Below, one piece after another: positions 27,888 to 37,591 of a stretch of DNA of 64,000 bases (within the stretch, counting starts at the first letter, position 1; every line of letters starts with the position of its first letter). The notes under the pieces are model-generated. The model was not told the DNA's origin, made no database searches, and worked only from the letters and a program-made list of their open reading frames with translations. The stretch is taken from IMG/VR virus record IMGVR_UViG_3300014781_000001. One strand, 5' to 3'. The position numbers and the translations under genes are program-made. The stretch comes from a virus.

Positions 27888-28072
27888 AAAAAAATAAGAA
27901 ATTCACAATATCAACCACTACTACGATCAGAAGTAGTAAAATTGGAAAATTAGAGAAGGATATGAAGAGAATAGCTAAAGGTGTATTTAGCTATAATCCC
28001 AAAACAGATCCTAACGACCCTCTTTTTGATAAAACCACCTCTAAAAAAGGTGGTAACGAAAAAGAATTTTAA
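27884..28072 (+). CDS. hypothetical small protein
   Basis: ORF track. Followed by the terminator hairpin at 28085-28126. Confidence 0.35.
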   Translation: MKKNKKFTISTTTTIRSSKIGKLEKDMKRIAKGVFSYNPKTDPNDPLFDKTTSKKGGNEKEF

Positions 28073-28084
28073 CCATATAAAACA

Positions 28085-28126
28085 GAAGCCGGATATACGT
28101 TAATCATTATCCGGCTTCTGTTTTAT
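28085..28126 (+). terminator. intrinsic terminator
   Basis: gaagccggata-(loop)-tatccggcttc followed by TGTTTTA. Confidence 0.55.
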
Positions 28127-28164
28127 ATAGATGGTGTAAAGTTGTATATAATCACCTAAATTTA

Positions 28165-28356
28165 ATGGCCCATTATATGAACGAACTAAACAAAGCATTC
28201 GCTTATGTTTCGGCATCTCCCCTCTCCTCGACGTGGTATTGGTCCAGTACTGAGAGCAGCCAGGCCGTCGCGTGGTACGTGGTCTTCTCCAATGGCCTCA
28301 CGGGCACTGGCAACAAGCACATCGGAGACATGGTTAGGGCGGTAATTGATTTTTAA
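28165..28356 (+). pseudogene. GC-rich fragment of a DUF1566/Lcl-like C-terminal domain gene
   Basis: YWSSTESS..AWYVVFSNG signature. About 55% GC in a ~36% GC background. Only 63 codons. Confidence 0.4.
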
Positions 28357-28368
28357 AAAGGATTACAT

Positions 28369-29172
28369 ATGATAACATCAGTAAAAATAAAAGACAATAC
28401 AAAAACTCCATTTGAATATGCTTCTGACATAGAAGCGTTTGAAAATGGCAGAGAATTTATTTTCAAGCCAGGAGTGAATGTAATTATAGGTAAAAACGGT
28501 AGTGGAAAATCAACTTTGCTTAACATCATATCAATGTATGCGTTATGTGAGAAATCCATGTGTTCTGAAATACCGATCGAGGCACTGGATTTTCCACCTA
28601 TATTTGATGATGATGATGATGACAAGGTTCTTGATGGGATTGACATATCATCCGATTATGCAGGGAAAGTATTCCGTTTATTGCCATCGGCGGAGATGAA
28701 TCGAGATAGTGTATTGAAAAACATCAGCAATTTAGATTTGTATGTGAATAATATTCAAAGATCTTATGGAGAGAAAGTGGTGTTATCATTGGAATCACTT
28801 TTCAATTTAATGTTCGGTCAAAAGGATTATACATTTCCAATACAAGATCTTGTAGAATACAAGAAAAAATCAAATGCGTTTTGGATTAAAAGAATTGATA
28901 ATCTGTTGAAGTATTATAAAAGAAATCGCATAACATTAACAGAAAGCAGTTTTGAATACACGGTTCTCATGGATGAGCCAGACAGGAATCTTGACATTGA
29001 CAACATAATGCAAATTTATAATGTATTGTCATTCCATAAACCACAAACGCAAATTATAGCCATAATACACAATCCGGCATTGATTTACAAGTTAAGCAAA
29101 TTAGATTGTGTGAATTTCATAGAGATGACAGAAGGGTATCTTAATAAAACTTGTACATTTGTGTCCAACTAA
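28369..29172 (+). CDS. ABC/AAA-type ATPase (RecF/OLD-like P-loop, AAA_15/21-like)
   Basis: Walker A GKNGSGKSTLLNIIS. Walker B/D-loop VLMDEPDRNLD. Internal DDDDDD acidic tract. Confidence 0.6.
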   Translation: MITSVKIKDNTKTPFEYASDIEAFENGREFIFKPGVNVIIGKNGSGKSTLLNIISMYALCEKSMCSEIPIEALDFPPIFDDDDDDKVLDGIDISSDYAGKVFRLLPSAEMNRDSVLKNISNLDLYVNNIQRSYGEKVVLSLESLFNLMFGQKDYTFPIQDLVEYKKKSNAFWIKRIDNLLKYYKRNRITLTESSFEYTVLMDEPDRNLDIDNIMQIYNVLSFHKPQTQIIAIIHNPALIYKLSKLDCVNFIEMTEGYLNKTCTFVSN

Positions 29173-29498
29173 TTAAAAGTGATATAAACTGGAAGAAATA
29201 CAAAGAGGAAAAACCTCCAGAGGGAGAAGAAGTGTTGGCTTATCATCCAAGTTGGATAGATGAAGATTTCAACCCAAGAGGTATAAGAATAGGATTCTGG
29301 AATGGAGGGGACGATTTTAAATCGGCTCATTGGTGGGATTATCAAGATTGTTATATCACAATCTCTCATTGTGATTGTGATGATAATTCGCTTTTTAGTG
29401 ATAGAATAAAAAACAGCATAGAGCCAGAGTTATGGATATCACTTGATGTTATTACAAATTACTTACCTGATATAAAACAAAATCACTTATCACAATGA
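29151..29498 (+). CDS. hypothetical protein
   Basis: ORF track. Overlaps the stop of the ATPase gene. Confidence 0.45.
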   Translation: MYICVQLIKSDINWKKYKEEKPPEGEEVLAYHPSWIDEDFNPRGIRIGFWNGGDDFKSAHWWDYQDCYITISHCDCDDNSLFSDRIKNSIEPELWISLDVITNYLPDIKQNHLSQ

Positions 29499-29878
29499 GC
29501 TATTTTATATTAATGGGAAGAAGAATCCCTAAGCAAGCCATAACAGGCTTCAAATTTCAAAATGAAACAGATAACATTCGTCCTTTCTTGTCAATCAGGA
29601 TAAGGGGAAAGGACGAAATTATACCTTTCAAAGATAAAAAGGAGATACAGTCTGTAAAAGCGCATCTGTGTTCTATCTTTTCTGGGTTTGTAAAAATAGG
29701 TGACTGGTATCTCAAGATGTCGGAGGTTAAGGAATATAAGCCGGTGACTGCCGAAGACATGAACCCCTACATCTTATTCAAAACATCTAAGTTCGGGAAC
29801 ATAAAAGTTCGTTTCCCGAAAGATGAAGACATGGATGCCGAATTATTGGTGTTAGATCAACTTTTTGATGTAGAATAA
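29495..29878 (+). CDS. hypothetical protein
   Basis: ORF track. Confidence 0.45.
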   Translation: MSYFILMGRRIPKQAITGFKFQNETDNIRPFLSIRIRGKDEIIPFKDKKEIQSVKAHLCSIFSGFVKIGDWYLKMSEVKEYKPVTAEDMNPYILFKTSKFGNIKVRFPKDEDMDAELLVLDQLFDVE

Positions 29879-29902
29879 ACTATTAATCATATTTTAAAAA
29901 TC

Positions 29903-30154
29903 ATGACCTGGAAAGAATTAAAAGACAAAATATCCCTTATGACAGAAGAAGAGCAACAGCAAGAAGTTGCAGTTTGGGGAGAAAATATGAATCTAATGAA
30001 AGATTGTTCCTTGGAGAAAACAGACGAGGATTTGTACTATAATACTGAATGGGATTATACTTGTGAAGAGAGTGAATTGGAACCGGAAGACAAGAATGAC
30101 CCTGATGTACATAAGGTATATGAAGCAGGAATGCATTATATTTATTCAAATTGA
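29903..30154 (+). CDS. hypothetical acidic protein
   Basis: ORF track. Confidence 0.4.
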   Translation: MTWKELKDKISLMTEEEQQQEVAVWGENMNLMKDCSLEKTDEDLYYNTEWDYTCEESELEPEDKNDPDVHKVYEAGMHYIYSN

Positions 30155-30172
30155 TTTAAAAAAGATCTGATT

Positions 30173-30919
30173 ATGGCAGCATTAACAACACTAAATATAA
30201 CGGAAAAGAACGCTAATAACAGTTTGTCTGTAACTGTTAAAGTGAATATCACCAAAAAAGGAGTGGTTACCACTACTTTATCAAAAGAAGATGTGGATAA
30301 GATTCGTTCTTATGGGATCAAATTACCTACAAACAGATTAGGTAACGAAGGATATTTCAATAGCACATCATTTTCTGATCTGGTGAGTCAAATCAGGAAA
30401 GTTCTGAAGAGATGTTTGAGTTATAAAATAGTAGAAGAAGTACCTGTTATTAAGTATCAGTTAGAAACTCTATGTTCATTTGCCTATGACAAAAACGGAA
30501 ACATTGTTCCTAACCCCTCTGTGGAATGGACAGGGAACTATGAGAATGGAGAATGGAGGGATGGAACTTCTCGTTTAGATGCTTTAAATGCCGAACCTTT
30601 CGGTTTTAGTGTTTATGCAAAACCATTTCTAAAAAGAGTAATTAAATATGGAAATGGAGAGACAAAAGTAGAATACGGCAGGTTAAATACAGAAAAAGGA
30701 ACTTATGCGCACTGGCTGAATTGTGTAACGAGCATATCATACAATAGACATAAACAGGTAATGGAAGTGGAGTGTAACGAATGTACCTCGAAATTATTCG
30801 TTGATATGATCAAGTCCATTTGTAATATAAGCGAACAAGTTAAGAGTTTTATCAATCCAGAACAAATAAAAGCAATTGCGGAGTCAAATGAACCGATTTT
30901 GCTTTTATCTAACAACTAA
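30173..30919 (+). CDS. hypothetical protein
   Basis: ORF track. Confidence 0.5.
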   Translation: MAALTTLNITEKNANNSLSVTVKVNITKKGVVTTTLSKEDVDKIRSYGIKLPTNRLGNEGYFNSTSFSDLVSQIRKVLKRCLSYKIVEEVPVIKYQLETLCSFAYDKNGNIVPNPSVEWTGNYENGEWRDGTSRLDALNAEPFGFSVYAKPFLKRVIKYGNGETKVEYGRLNTEKGTYAHWLNCVTSISYNRHKQVMEVECNECTSKLFVDMIKSICNISEQVKSFINPEQIKAIAESNEPILLLSNN

Positions 30920-31083
30920 AAAAAATCATGAGGTATGTATGTGTTTTTATCTGCTTTCTGTTATGGCTTATTTTTACGTTGTTATTATCATTCACTGTCA
31001 TAGGATTGGTTATAAGCGTGAGTAATGAATGGCAGGAAATGGGTGACAAAATAATAGATAAACTTTAAAAAGAACTGAGTCGA

Positions 31084-31533
31084 ATGGATAAAATTATATT
31101 GGATGCCTGTTGTGGCTCCAGGATGTTTTGGTTTGATAAAAATAATCCAGCAGCCTTGTTTGTTGATATCCGGAACGAAGAACATATTCTTTGTGATGGC
31201 AGAAATTTGAAAGTTCATCCTGATCTCATCGCGGATTTTACCAATCTTCCTTTCCTTGCTAAGAGTTTCAAGCTGGTTGTATTCGATCCGCCCCATCTGG
31301 TTAAGGTTGGTGAGAATAGTTGGTTAGCTAAGAAATACGGCAAACTGTCAGAAGATTGGCCAAGATTGCTGAAACAGGGGTTCAACGAGTGCTTTCGGGT
31401 GCTCGATGATTACGGTGTTCTTGTTTTCAAATGGAATGAAGACCAAGTAACCGTTAAAGAGGTTTTGAGAGCTATTGACCGACAGCCTTTATTCGGACAT
31501 ACAACCGGTCGGATATGTGGATGTGTTTTATGA
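31084..31533 (+). CDS. small SAM-dependent methyltransferase (RsmD / N6-N4 MTase-like, DPPH motif)
   Basis: ILDACCGSRMFW (motif-I-like) and VVFDPPH (DPPY-type motif IV). Confidence 0.5.
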   Translation: MDKIILDACCGSRMFWFDKNNPAALFVDIRNEEHILCDGRNLKVHPDLIADFTNLPFLAKSFKLVVFDPPHLVKVGENSWLAKKYGKLSEDWPRLLKQGFNECFRVLDDYGVLVFKWNEDQVTVKEVLRAIDRQPLFGHTTGRICGCVL

Positions 31534-31556
31534 AATTACCTAACAACTAAAAAGAA

Positions 31557-31760
31557 ATGAATATGAATAATAGAATGAAATTGGCAATAGCCTGTTATTG
31601 CAGGGTGTTCTTACGTCTTAATGGGTTTGTAACAGAATGTGAAAACGAAAGAATCCACAAGAGAATAAGAGCTTGGCAGATTAATAATAATATTGAAATA
31701 TCTGATGAGCAACTTGATTCTGTGGAAGTAACTTACAATGATAATACAAAGGAGGGTTGA
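31557..31760 (+). CDS. hypothetical small protein
   Basis: ORF track. Confidence 0.35.
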   Translation: MNMNNRMKLAIACYCRVFLRLNGFVTECENERIHKRIRAWQINNNIEISDEQLDSVEVTYNDNTKEG

Positions 31761-31904
31761 AACGGTTGTAATTATGTAGCGGGATGGTATGAGAGCTGTC
31801 CCGCTACTAATAACTGAAAAGAAATGAAATGAGAAGATATTGAAAAAGCAGCAAAAGATTATTCCGTAGGTAAAACACATTTTCGGAGAAGAGTTCTCAA
31901 AGAA

Positions 31905-32171
31905 GTGGATGCAGACGATTATGTTCTACGCAAGGATAATTGCCGTGAAGATTTCATAGCAGGTGCAGAATGGCGCATCAACAGTGTGTGGCATGATGCA
32001 AAAGAAGTCATTATAAAGTCAGGATACATCTTAGTTGAATTTAAAACGAAACGCAGTGTGTCTTACAATATATGGAAAATTGAGCGTGCAGATGTAGTTT
32101 CTTATTGGAATGTATTCATGGCAGAAAACAAGATAATAAGGTATGCTTACATAGATGATCTGTTACCTTAG
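31905..32171 (+). CDS. hypothetical protein
   Basis: ORF track. Confidence 0.4.
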   Translation: MDADDYVLRKDNCREDFIAGAEWRINSVWHDAKEVIIKSGYILVEFKTKRSVSYNIWKIERADVVSYWNVFMAENKIIRYAYIDDLLP

Positions 32172-32378
32172 GTAATTATATACCTCAATTAATTATTCAT
32201 TTTTAAAAGTTAGAGTTATGAGACAAAAAAAAGGAAAAACACTTCATCTAATTTGGAGAAACAAAAAAATGTACTGATAAGTATGAATACATATATTTGC
32301 CAAAAGATCCGTTTAAGAAGCATCCTAATAAAAAAGGAGAATGTTATTTAATTCGTAGAGGCGAGGTCTAATACCGGA

Positions 32379-32567
32379 ATGCAAAACGTTTTAGGACTTG
32401 ACGATCCTAATGATAGATCGGGTACAAAATTAGTAAAAATACTATCCTCTAAAGCTATAAGCGACTGTATTCAAGATGGTTATTTATCGGTAAAAGATAA
32501 GCCATTTCCTTGTTTTAAAGAAAATAGAAGAATGAATAAATTAAGAAGAAAATTTGAAAGGTTATGA
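32379..32567 (+). CDS. hypothetical small protein
   Basis: ORF track. Confidence 0.35.
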   Translation: MQNVLGLDDPNDRSGTKLVKILSSKAISDCIQDGYLSVKDKPFPCFKENRRMNKLRRKFERL

Positions 32568-32767
32568 CCGACAGAGAGCTTCTTGAAGAAAACAATAAGA
32601 TGTTAAAGGAAATCCTAAGTTTTGTGAGAAAAGTCGATTCTGTTGAATATAGGGATCATCATGACTTTATGGAATTTCTTAGAAATGTGGCAGCCGATAT
32701 ATGGGTAGAATATACGGAGCCTGAACAAAGAAGTAAGTTGTTTAATTTAATAAATAAAGAAAAATGA
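32564..32767 (+). CDS. hypothetical small protein
   Basis: ORF track. Confidence 0.4.
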   Translation: MTDRELLEENNKMLKEILSFVRKVDSVEYRDHHDFMEFLRNVAADIWVEYTEPEQRSKLFNLINKEK

Positions 32768-33432
32768 AAACAGTTTTTGATTTAAGCAGAGATGAGATTG
32801 TGGCATTGACAGACGAAGACATAAGTCTGTATATAGACAAAGAGCTTGCTAATAAAGGTATTCCAATTGAAGCTAAAAACTGGAATATAAAGAACAAAAA
32901 AGAAGTCGTGTATCCAAGAACTGGAGTTCCGGTATTTATGTTAAAAGATATCGGCATCGGTTTTAGAACCATAGAAGGTGCAACTGAGGTGGCTAATTTG
33001 CTTGTCAAGTATAATGCATTTAAAACAGAATCGAGATATCTGGCAGGATCGTATGAACAGTTTTGGATCATGAAGGAGGGTGTTTGCCCGGCTGTTAAAG
33101 GAGAAACAGGATATAGCAAGGAAGAGTTTGATAAGATAGATGAGAAAAATAAAAACCCTGAATTGACAAGTATAAATACCTTCAATGACACCGTGAAAAA
33201 AGCCAATGAAATTAAAGACAGGGTGTTGAAATGCGTGTACAACATAAAACAAGAGCGTTCATATAACAATGACCTGGTTGGTATCTTTGAAAGGTATAAA
33301 GATATAGCAGACGGTGATATGGAGGTAGCTATGAATTTTATTAAGGAAGACTATCCATTCAATGAAGAAACAGAGTCGTTTATCAGAAAAAAGTTTGACA
33401 TGCCTATACCGGACGAATCAAAAGAGCAGTAA
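32764..33432 (+). CDS. hypothetical protein
   Basis: ORF track. Confidence 0.5.
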   Translation: MKTVFDLSRDEIVALTDEDISLYIDKELANKGIPIEAKNWNIKNKKEVVYPRTGVPVFMLKDIGIGFRTIEGATEVANLLVKYNAFKTESRYLAGSYEQFWIMKEGVCPAVKGETGYSKEEFDKIDEKNKNPELTSINTFNDTVKKANEIKDRVLKCVYNIKQERSYNNDLVGIFERYKDIADGDMEVAMNFIKEDYPFNEETESFIRKKFDMPIPDESKEQ

Positions 33433-33507
33433 TTAAGCTAAATTAAATCATTTTGAATCTTTTTTATTATCAAAAGACATATCTTTGTCCAAAAAAAAAC
33501 AAACAGA

Positions 33508-33762
33508 ATGGAAGAAAAAGAGATAAAAGAAGCCATGATTGAAGCCCTGACGCACTTAGAGGGGTGTAAGTATTTCGTGGCTACGATAGTAAATGAAGAG
33601 GAAAGAAGATTTGATATGAGCCTAAGAATGTCACAGCATCAATTGGCGTTAATTATAAAAGGCATCTTATCTAATAATGAGATGATGATGATGGATGTTT
33701 TGCAGTGGTGTTCTGAAAGATTTAAAAACAGTATAGAGAAAGGAAAGAAATCAACTAATTAA
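33508..33762 (+). CDS. hypothetical protein
   Basis: ORF track. Confidence 0.45.
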   Translation: MEEKEIKEAMIEALTHLEGCKYFVATIVNEEERRFDMSLRMSQHQLALIIKGILSNNEMMMMDVLQWCSERFKNSIEKGKKSTN

Positions 33763-33773
33763 ATATTAATACA

Positions 33774-34244
33774 ATGAATCGCTGGTTTGAAATTACGGTA
33801 AAAGCCGAGATTGATAATATCGAGAACGGCAAAAAAAAGAAAGTAACTGAAAAGTATTTGGTGGATGCCTTGTCTTATACAGAGGCAGAATCAAGATCGT
33901 TGGAGATCTTTAAGGATTTGTACAATTCTTTCGAGGTTGTAAAAATTAACCCTATTAAAGTGTCAGAAATCTTTTTCAACGGAGAAGCTGAGTACTGGTA
34001 TAAGTGCAAGGTGAATTACATTACACTGAATGAAAAGAAAGGTAAAGAAAAGAAAACGCCATGCTATATGTATGTCCAAGCCGGCAATCCTAAAGACGCC
34101 GAAGCTGTGTTGACTAAAGGTATGCAGGGTACGTTGGGAGACTGGAATTGCGAGTCTATTGCTGAAACAAAGATCATTGAAGTGTTTAAATACGATCTGC
34201 AAAAAGGTGTAGAAAAATTGGGAGAAAAGAAAACTGATGAGTGA
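33774..34244 (+). CDS. hypothetical protein
   Basis: ORF track. Confidence 0.5.
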   Translation: MNRWFEITVKAEIDNIENGKKKKVTEKYLVDALSYTEAESRSLEIFKDLYNSFEVVKINPIKVSEIFFNGEAEYWYKCKVNYITLNEKKGKEKKTPCYMYVQAGNPKDAEAVLTKGMQGTLGDWNCESIAETKIIEVFKYDLQKGVEKLGEKKTDE

Positions 34245-34467
34245 TGTTGTTTCCCGTGTAGCACTTGCGACGGCAATTGTATTATTGGTAGTAGCAGGTG
34301 CTACTTTGCTGATAGTGATTAAGACCGAAGAAGTACCGAGATGGTTAATGAACTTACCATATACGTTATCTTTAACGGCAGTATCCTTTTCAATTATATC
34401 ACTTGTATTGAAATATAGAGAGTGGAAAAGAAATTGTACGTCTGCGAAAGATGCGGACGAAAAGTGA
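34237..34467 (+). CDS. small membrane protein (two TM helices)
   Basis: VALATAIVLLVVAGATLLIVI...LSLTAVSFSIISLVL. Confidence 0.45.
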   Translation: MSDVVSRVALATAIVLLVVAGATLLIVIKTEEVPRWLMNLPYTLSLTAVSFSIISLVLKYREWKRNCTSAKDADEK

Positions 34468-34940
34468 TGATAAGAAGTCATGGCTTATGCCAGGCTTGCA
34501 GGAGTAAAGAGTTGACTCCGAAGAAAAAAGACAGAATTACATCCATTAAAAACAGCAGCAAGAAGAAAAAGTTAGAGAACACGGATTTATCCGTGTTTTT
34601 TCGTCTTATGCTGGAAGAGTTAAATAATAGTCGGATGTCTATGACCGGTAAGGCTATTCATTTTCCTACAGTATGTAACGTCTGTCACATACTTCCGAAA
34701 AGGATATATAAGTCGGTTGCTACTTGCAGGGATAATATAGTTTTCCTTCATGAATCGGAGCATACGGTATTCGACATGTATCTTGACCGGATGGAATTTG
34801 ATAAACTTGAAACAGAATTTCCTTTTGTGTGGAAGTATGCGGTAAAGAAGGTACTGGATATGGAAAGCAGAGGAATGATCAAGGAAAGAGGTAGGTTGAT
34901 TATTGAAATAATTGATAGGTATGATAGAAGAAAAGATTAA
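34422..34940 (+). CDS. zinc-ribbon protein with a possible HNH-like motif
   Basis: CERCGRKV...CQACRS, then CNVCHILPKR..N..LHESEHT. Confidence 0.4.
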   Translation: MEKKLYVCERCGRKVMIRSHGLCQACRSKELTPKKKDRITSIKNSSKKKKLENTDLSVFFRLMLEELNNSRMSMTGKAIHFPTVCNVCHILPKRIYKSVATCRDNIVFLHESEHTVFDMYLDRMEFDKLETEFPFVWKYAVKKVLDMESRGMIKERGRLIIEIIDRYDRRKD

Positions 34941-36240
34941 AATATTAATAGATTTAGGGTTTGTACCTATGGTGAAAGGAGAGGGAAATACGTTGTTTAG
35001 AATGAACGATGTTGTGATGTCGGTGTCAGATCCTAACCAAACACCAGAGCAGTTGAAGAAGGAGGTTATGTCTTTAATAAAGAACAGAGACATAGCAGAA
35101 AGAGGCGGACAGGTTCCAGTAGTTAAAGAGCCGGCGCCTGAGCCAGAGCCGGTCCAGAAGGAGGAACCGGAAGCTCAGGCGGAGGAAGCCGCTCCTAACC
35201 CTGGAGAAGAAGATTCGAATCCGTTTACAGAAAATCAGGAAACATTAGAGCCGTTTTATATCTGTGATGAGTTAAAGAAGATTGAGACTCCCAAATTCGT
35301 AAGATTGACATTAGACGATAATCGTTTTTATGTAAGGAAGATGGATGATGGGACGGCCAAGATATATGCTTCAGTAACAACTTTAATCAAAGATGGGTAT
35401 GTAGATGATAAGACCGCACTTCAGGAATGGAAGCAAGAGATGAAGATGCTTGGTCGCAATCCGGAAGAGGTGGCGCAGTATGAAGCTGATAAGGGAACGA
35501 TCATGCACTACTTATACGGATTGTACCTAACAGGTAGAGATATGGTCTTAAATCGAAGTTTTATAGTTAAGACCGTACAAGAAGGTAAGCTGAAGATATC
35601 GAAGAAAAATCTTGACCGATTCTTTAACAGCATAGATGATCTTGACGATATGATTGTCAGAGTTATGAAGTTTGCCAAATTTTGTTCGGAGTATAAGGTT
35701 AAGCCGATGATGATTGAAAGAATATTGTCATTAGAGGATTATTTGGTAGCTACGCCGATAGATGCGATGGTTAAAATGACATTCAAATACAAAGAAGAAG
35801 GTTATTTTGGAGCCGTGTATCAAAGGGCCACAGGGCAGTTCAAAAAAGGTGATCCGAAGAAGGAGGTAAGAGACGTGGAGAAGGAAGAAGTGGTTATTCT
35901 CGACTTTAAATCAGGGGGAATATGGGAATCATACGCATTTCAATTAGAAGCTGAAAGAAGAATGGTTAAAGCATGGTATGGGATTGATGCACGTATTATG
36001 AACTTTTCTCCAAAAAGCACGAGCAGCAAAGGATATACGTTGAAAGAATGGACAGAAGACAGTATAGCACTTGAAAAGGCGGACTGCGTGTTCCAACAAG
36101 GTATGTTGAATCACCTTAGAAAAGATAAGAAGTTCAAAGTGAGAAAAGGAGTGCTGAATATCAATAAGCCTTACAATGAAGAGGATCATATTGTCGTATA
36201 TGATATTGCTGAGGAAATGTCTAAAAGATTTGTAATATAA
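34912..36240 (+). CDS. PD-(D/E)xK (RecB/lambda-exonuclease/Cas4-family) nuclease with a P/E-rich linker
   Basis: C-terminal EVVILDFKSGG, which is the (I/V)xD(Y/F)K(T/S)G motif of RecB-family nucleases. Also an upstream D/E-rich core. Confidence 0.5.
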   Translation: MIGMIEEKIKILIDLGFVPMVKGEGNTLFRMNDVVMSVSDPNQTPEQLKKEVMSLIKNRDIAERGGQVPVVKEPAPEPEPVQKEEPEAQAEEAAPNPGEEDSNPFTENQETLEPFYICDELKKIETPKFVRLTLDDNRFYVRKMDDGTAKIYASVTTLIKDGYVDDKTALQEWKQEMKMLGRNPEEVAQYEADKGTIMHYLYGLYLTGRDMVLNRSFIVKTVQEGKLKISKKNLDRFFNSIDDLDDMIVRVMKFAKFCSEYKVKPMMIERILSLEDYLVATPIDAMVKMTFKYKEEGYFGAVYQRATGQFKKGDPKKEVRDVEKEEVVILDFKSGGIWESYAFQLEAERRMVKAWYGIDARIMNFSPKSTSSKGYTLKEWTEDSIALEKADCVFQQGMLNHLRKDKKFKVRKGVLNINKPYNEEDHIVVYDIAEEMSKRFVI

Positions 36241-36249
36241 ATAAGCATT

Positions 36250-37263
36250 ATGCTTGATTTTAGAAGATACGAAAACGTACCCCGGTTTCAACTTGACCGC
36301 AGGCCTGGCAGGAGCCGACTAAAGCTGACCTGCCCGGCTTGCGGGAAAAGCCGGTGCCTCACTCCTTATATTGATGTGGCAACAGGTCAGGTTGTTGGCA
36401 ACGAGTTCGGAAGATGCGATCATGAACGGACTTGTGGTTACGATAAACGACCTACCGGTAAGGATGTAGGTGACAAAGATCTTTGGATTTCAGGAAACAA
36501 GTGTATAAGAGCTTATCGTCCTCCTGTAAATCCTGACGTTGTAAATTACATACCTTTTAGCGAGTTTGAGAGGACTGTGGTTCCAGATGATAGAAATACT
36601 GTATTTAGATTTTTATCGTCTCTATGGGGAAAAGAAAGGGTATCTGACGTATTTAGAAGATATCATGTCGGAACAATGGACTTATGGGGATGGAAAGGGT
36701 GTTGTATATTCTGGCAGATAGATAAGGACTTTGTATGTAGAACTGGCAAGATCATGGACTTTTATATAAAGACCGACAGCCAGGGGAATGAGATTGATGT
36801 AAAAAGAGTGAAAGAAAAAGACGGTGACAATGAGCGGCCTCATGTTATGTTTTATCACTCGTTGCATGCAAGAGACTTCTTGTTTAGACAATGCCTGTTC
36901 GGAGAACATCTTCTAAGCCAATATCCGGATAAGGTGGTTAATTTGGTGGAATCAGAAAAGACGGCTATTATATGCGCTGTGAATAAACCGGATGAGTTAT
37001 TTGTAGCTACCGGTGGGTTGCAGAATCTAAGACCGGAAGTGATAGATGTTTTAAAAGATAGAAAGACCGTAGCTTTTCCGGACAAAGGACAAGCATTTGA
37101 GACATGGAGTAAAAAGATAGATGGGATGATGATGAAGTCAAGGATAAAAGTATCGGACTATCTTCAAAATGTTGAAAATGTAGGAGACGGAGATGATGTG
37201 GCAGATTTGATAATCAATAACAAGGTAAAAGAAAAATATCATGAGCCTGGATGTTTATATTAA
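36250..37263 (+). CDS. DNA primase-like protein (zinc finger plus Toprim-like region)
   Basis: CPACGKSRC...CDHERTC zinc-binding motif. VESEKTAIICAV and FPDKGQAFE are Toprim-like acidic motifs. Confidence 0.45.
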   Translation: MLDFRRYENVPRFQLDRRPGRSRLKLTCPACGKSRCLTPYIDVATGQVVGNEFGRCDHERTCGYDKRPTGKDVGDKDLWISGNKCIRAYRPPVNPDVVNYIPFSEFERTVVPDDRNTVFRFLSSLWGKERVSDVFRRYHVGTMDLWGWKGCCIFWQIDKDFVCRTGKIMDFYIKTDSQGNEIDVKRVKEKDGDNERPHVMFYHSLHARDFLFRQCLFGEHLLSQYPDKVVNLVESEKTAIICAVNKPDELFVATGGLQNLRPEVIDVLKDRKTVAFPDKGQAFETWSKKIDGMMMKSRIKVSDYLQNVENVGDGDDVADLIINNKVKEKYHEPGCLY

Positions 37264-37591
37264 GAACAAGAAGAAAGAAGATCGTGAATGGGTTGCGAAC
37301 ATCACCCACAACATGAACAAGATGGCACAAAAAATATTCGTATCAGAAAACAAAGAAACACTATACGATTATGTTTGGAGACCGGAAGAATTGGGCAGGG
37401 AAATAGATACTAAGGAGATGGTGAAGATACTCACAAAAGGTATATATATTATGATCTCCAAGAGAAAGAGTCTTTTGAGATACGAACCAGAAAACGGATG
37501 GGGGTCTTATGATTCATTTCTTAAGTTTCTTATCGAATACAAAGAGGCATGTGAAGATAATCCAGGGTGTGTAATTGAAGCAAGTAGATAA
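37241..37591 (+). CDS. hypothetical protein
   Basis: ORF track. Confidence 0.45.
   Translation: MSLDVYIKNKKKEDREWVANITHNMNKMAQKIFVSENKETLYDYVWRPEELGREIDTKEMVKILTKGIYIMISKRKSLLRYEPENGWGSYDSFLKFLIEYKEACEDNPGCVIEASR

Larger units (their letters stand above)
26900..28130 (+). mobile_element. IS1595-family insertion sequence (ends not resolved)
   Basis: The transposase gene plus AT-rich flanks. I could not identify terminal inverted repeats by eye. Confidence 0.4.

Noticed and set aside
28502-28699. ORF 28502-28699 (+), 65 aa
   Set aside because: Internal alternative frame of the ATPase gene across its DDDDDD tract. It is an artefact.
31084-31533. Methyltransferase as part of a complete R-M system
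   Set aside because: No adjacent restriction endonuclease-like ORF was recognisable. The protein is only 149 aa, so it may be an orphan DNA MTase or an RNA MTase (RsmD-like).
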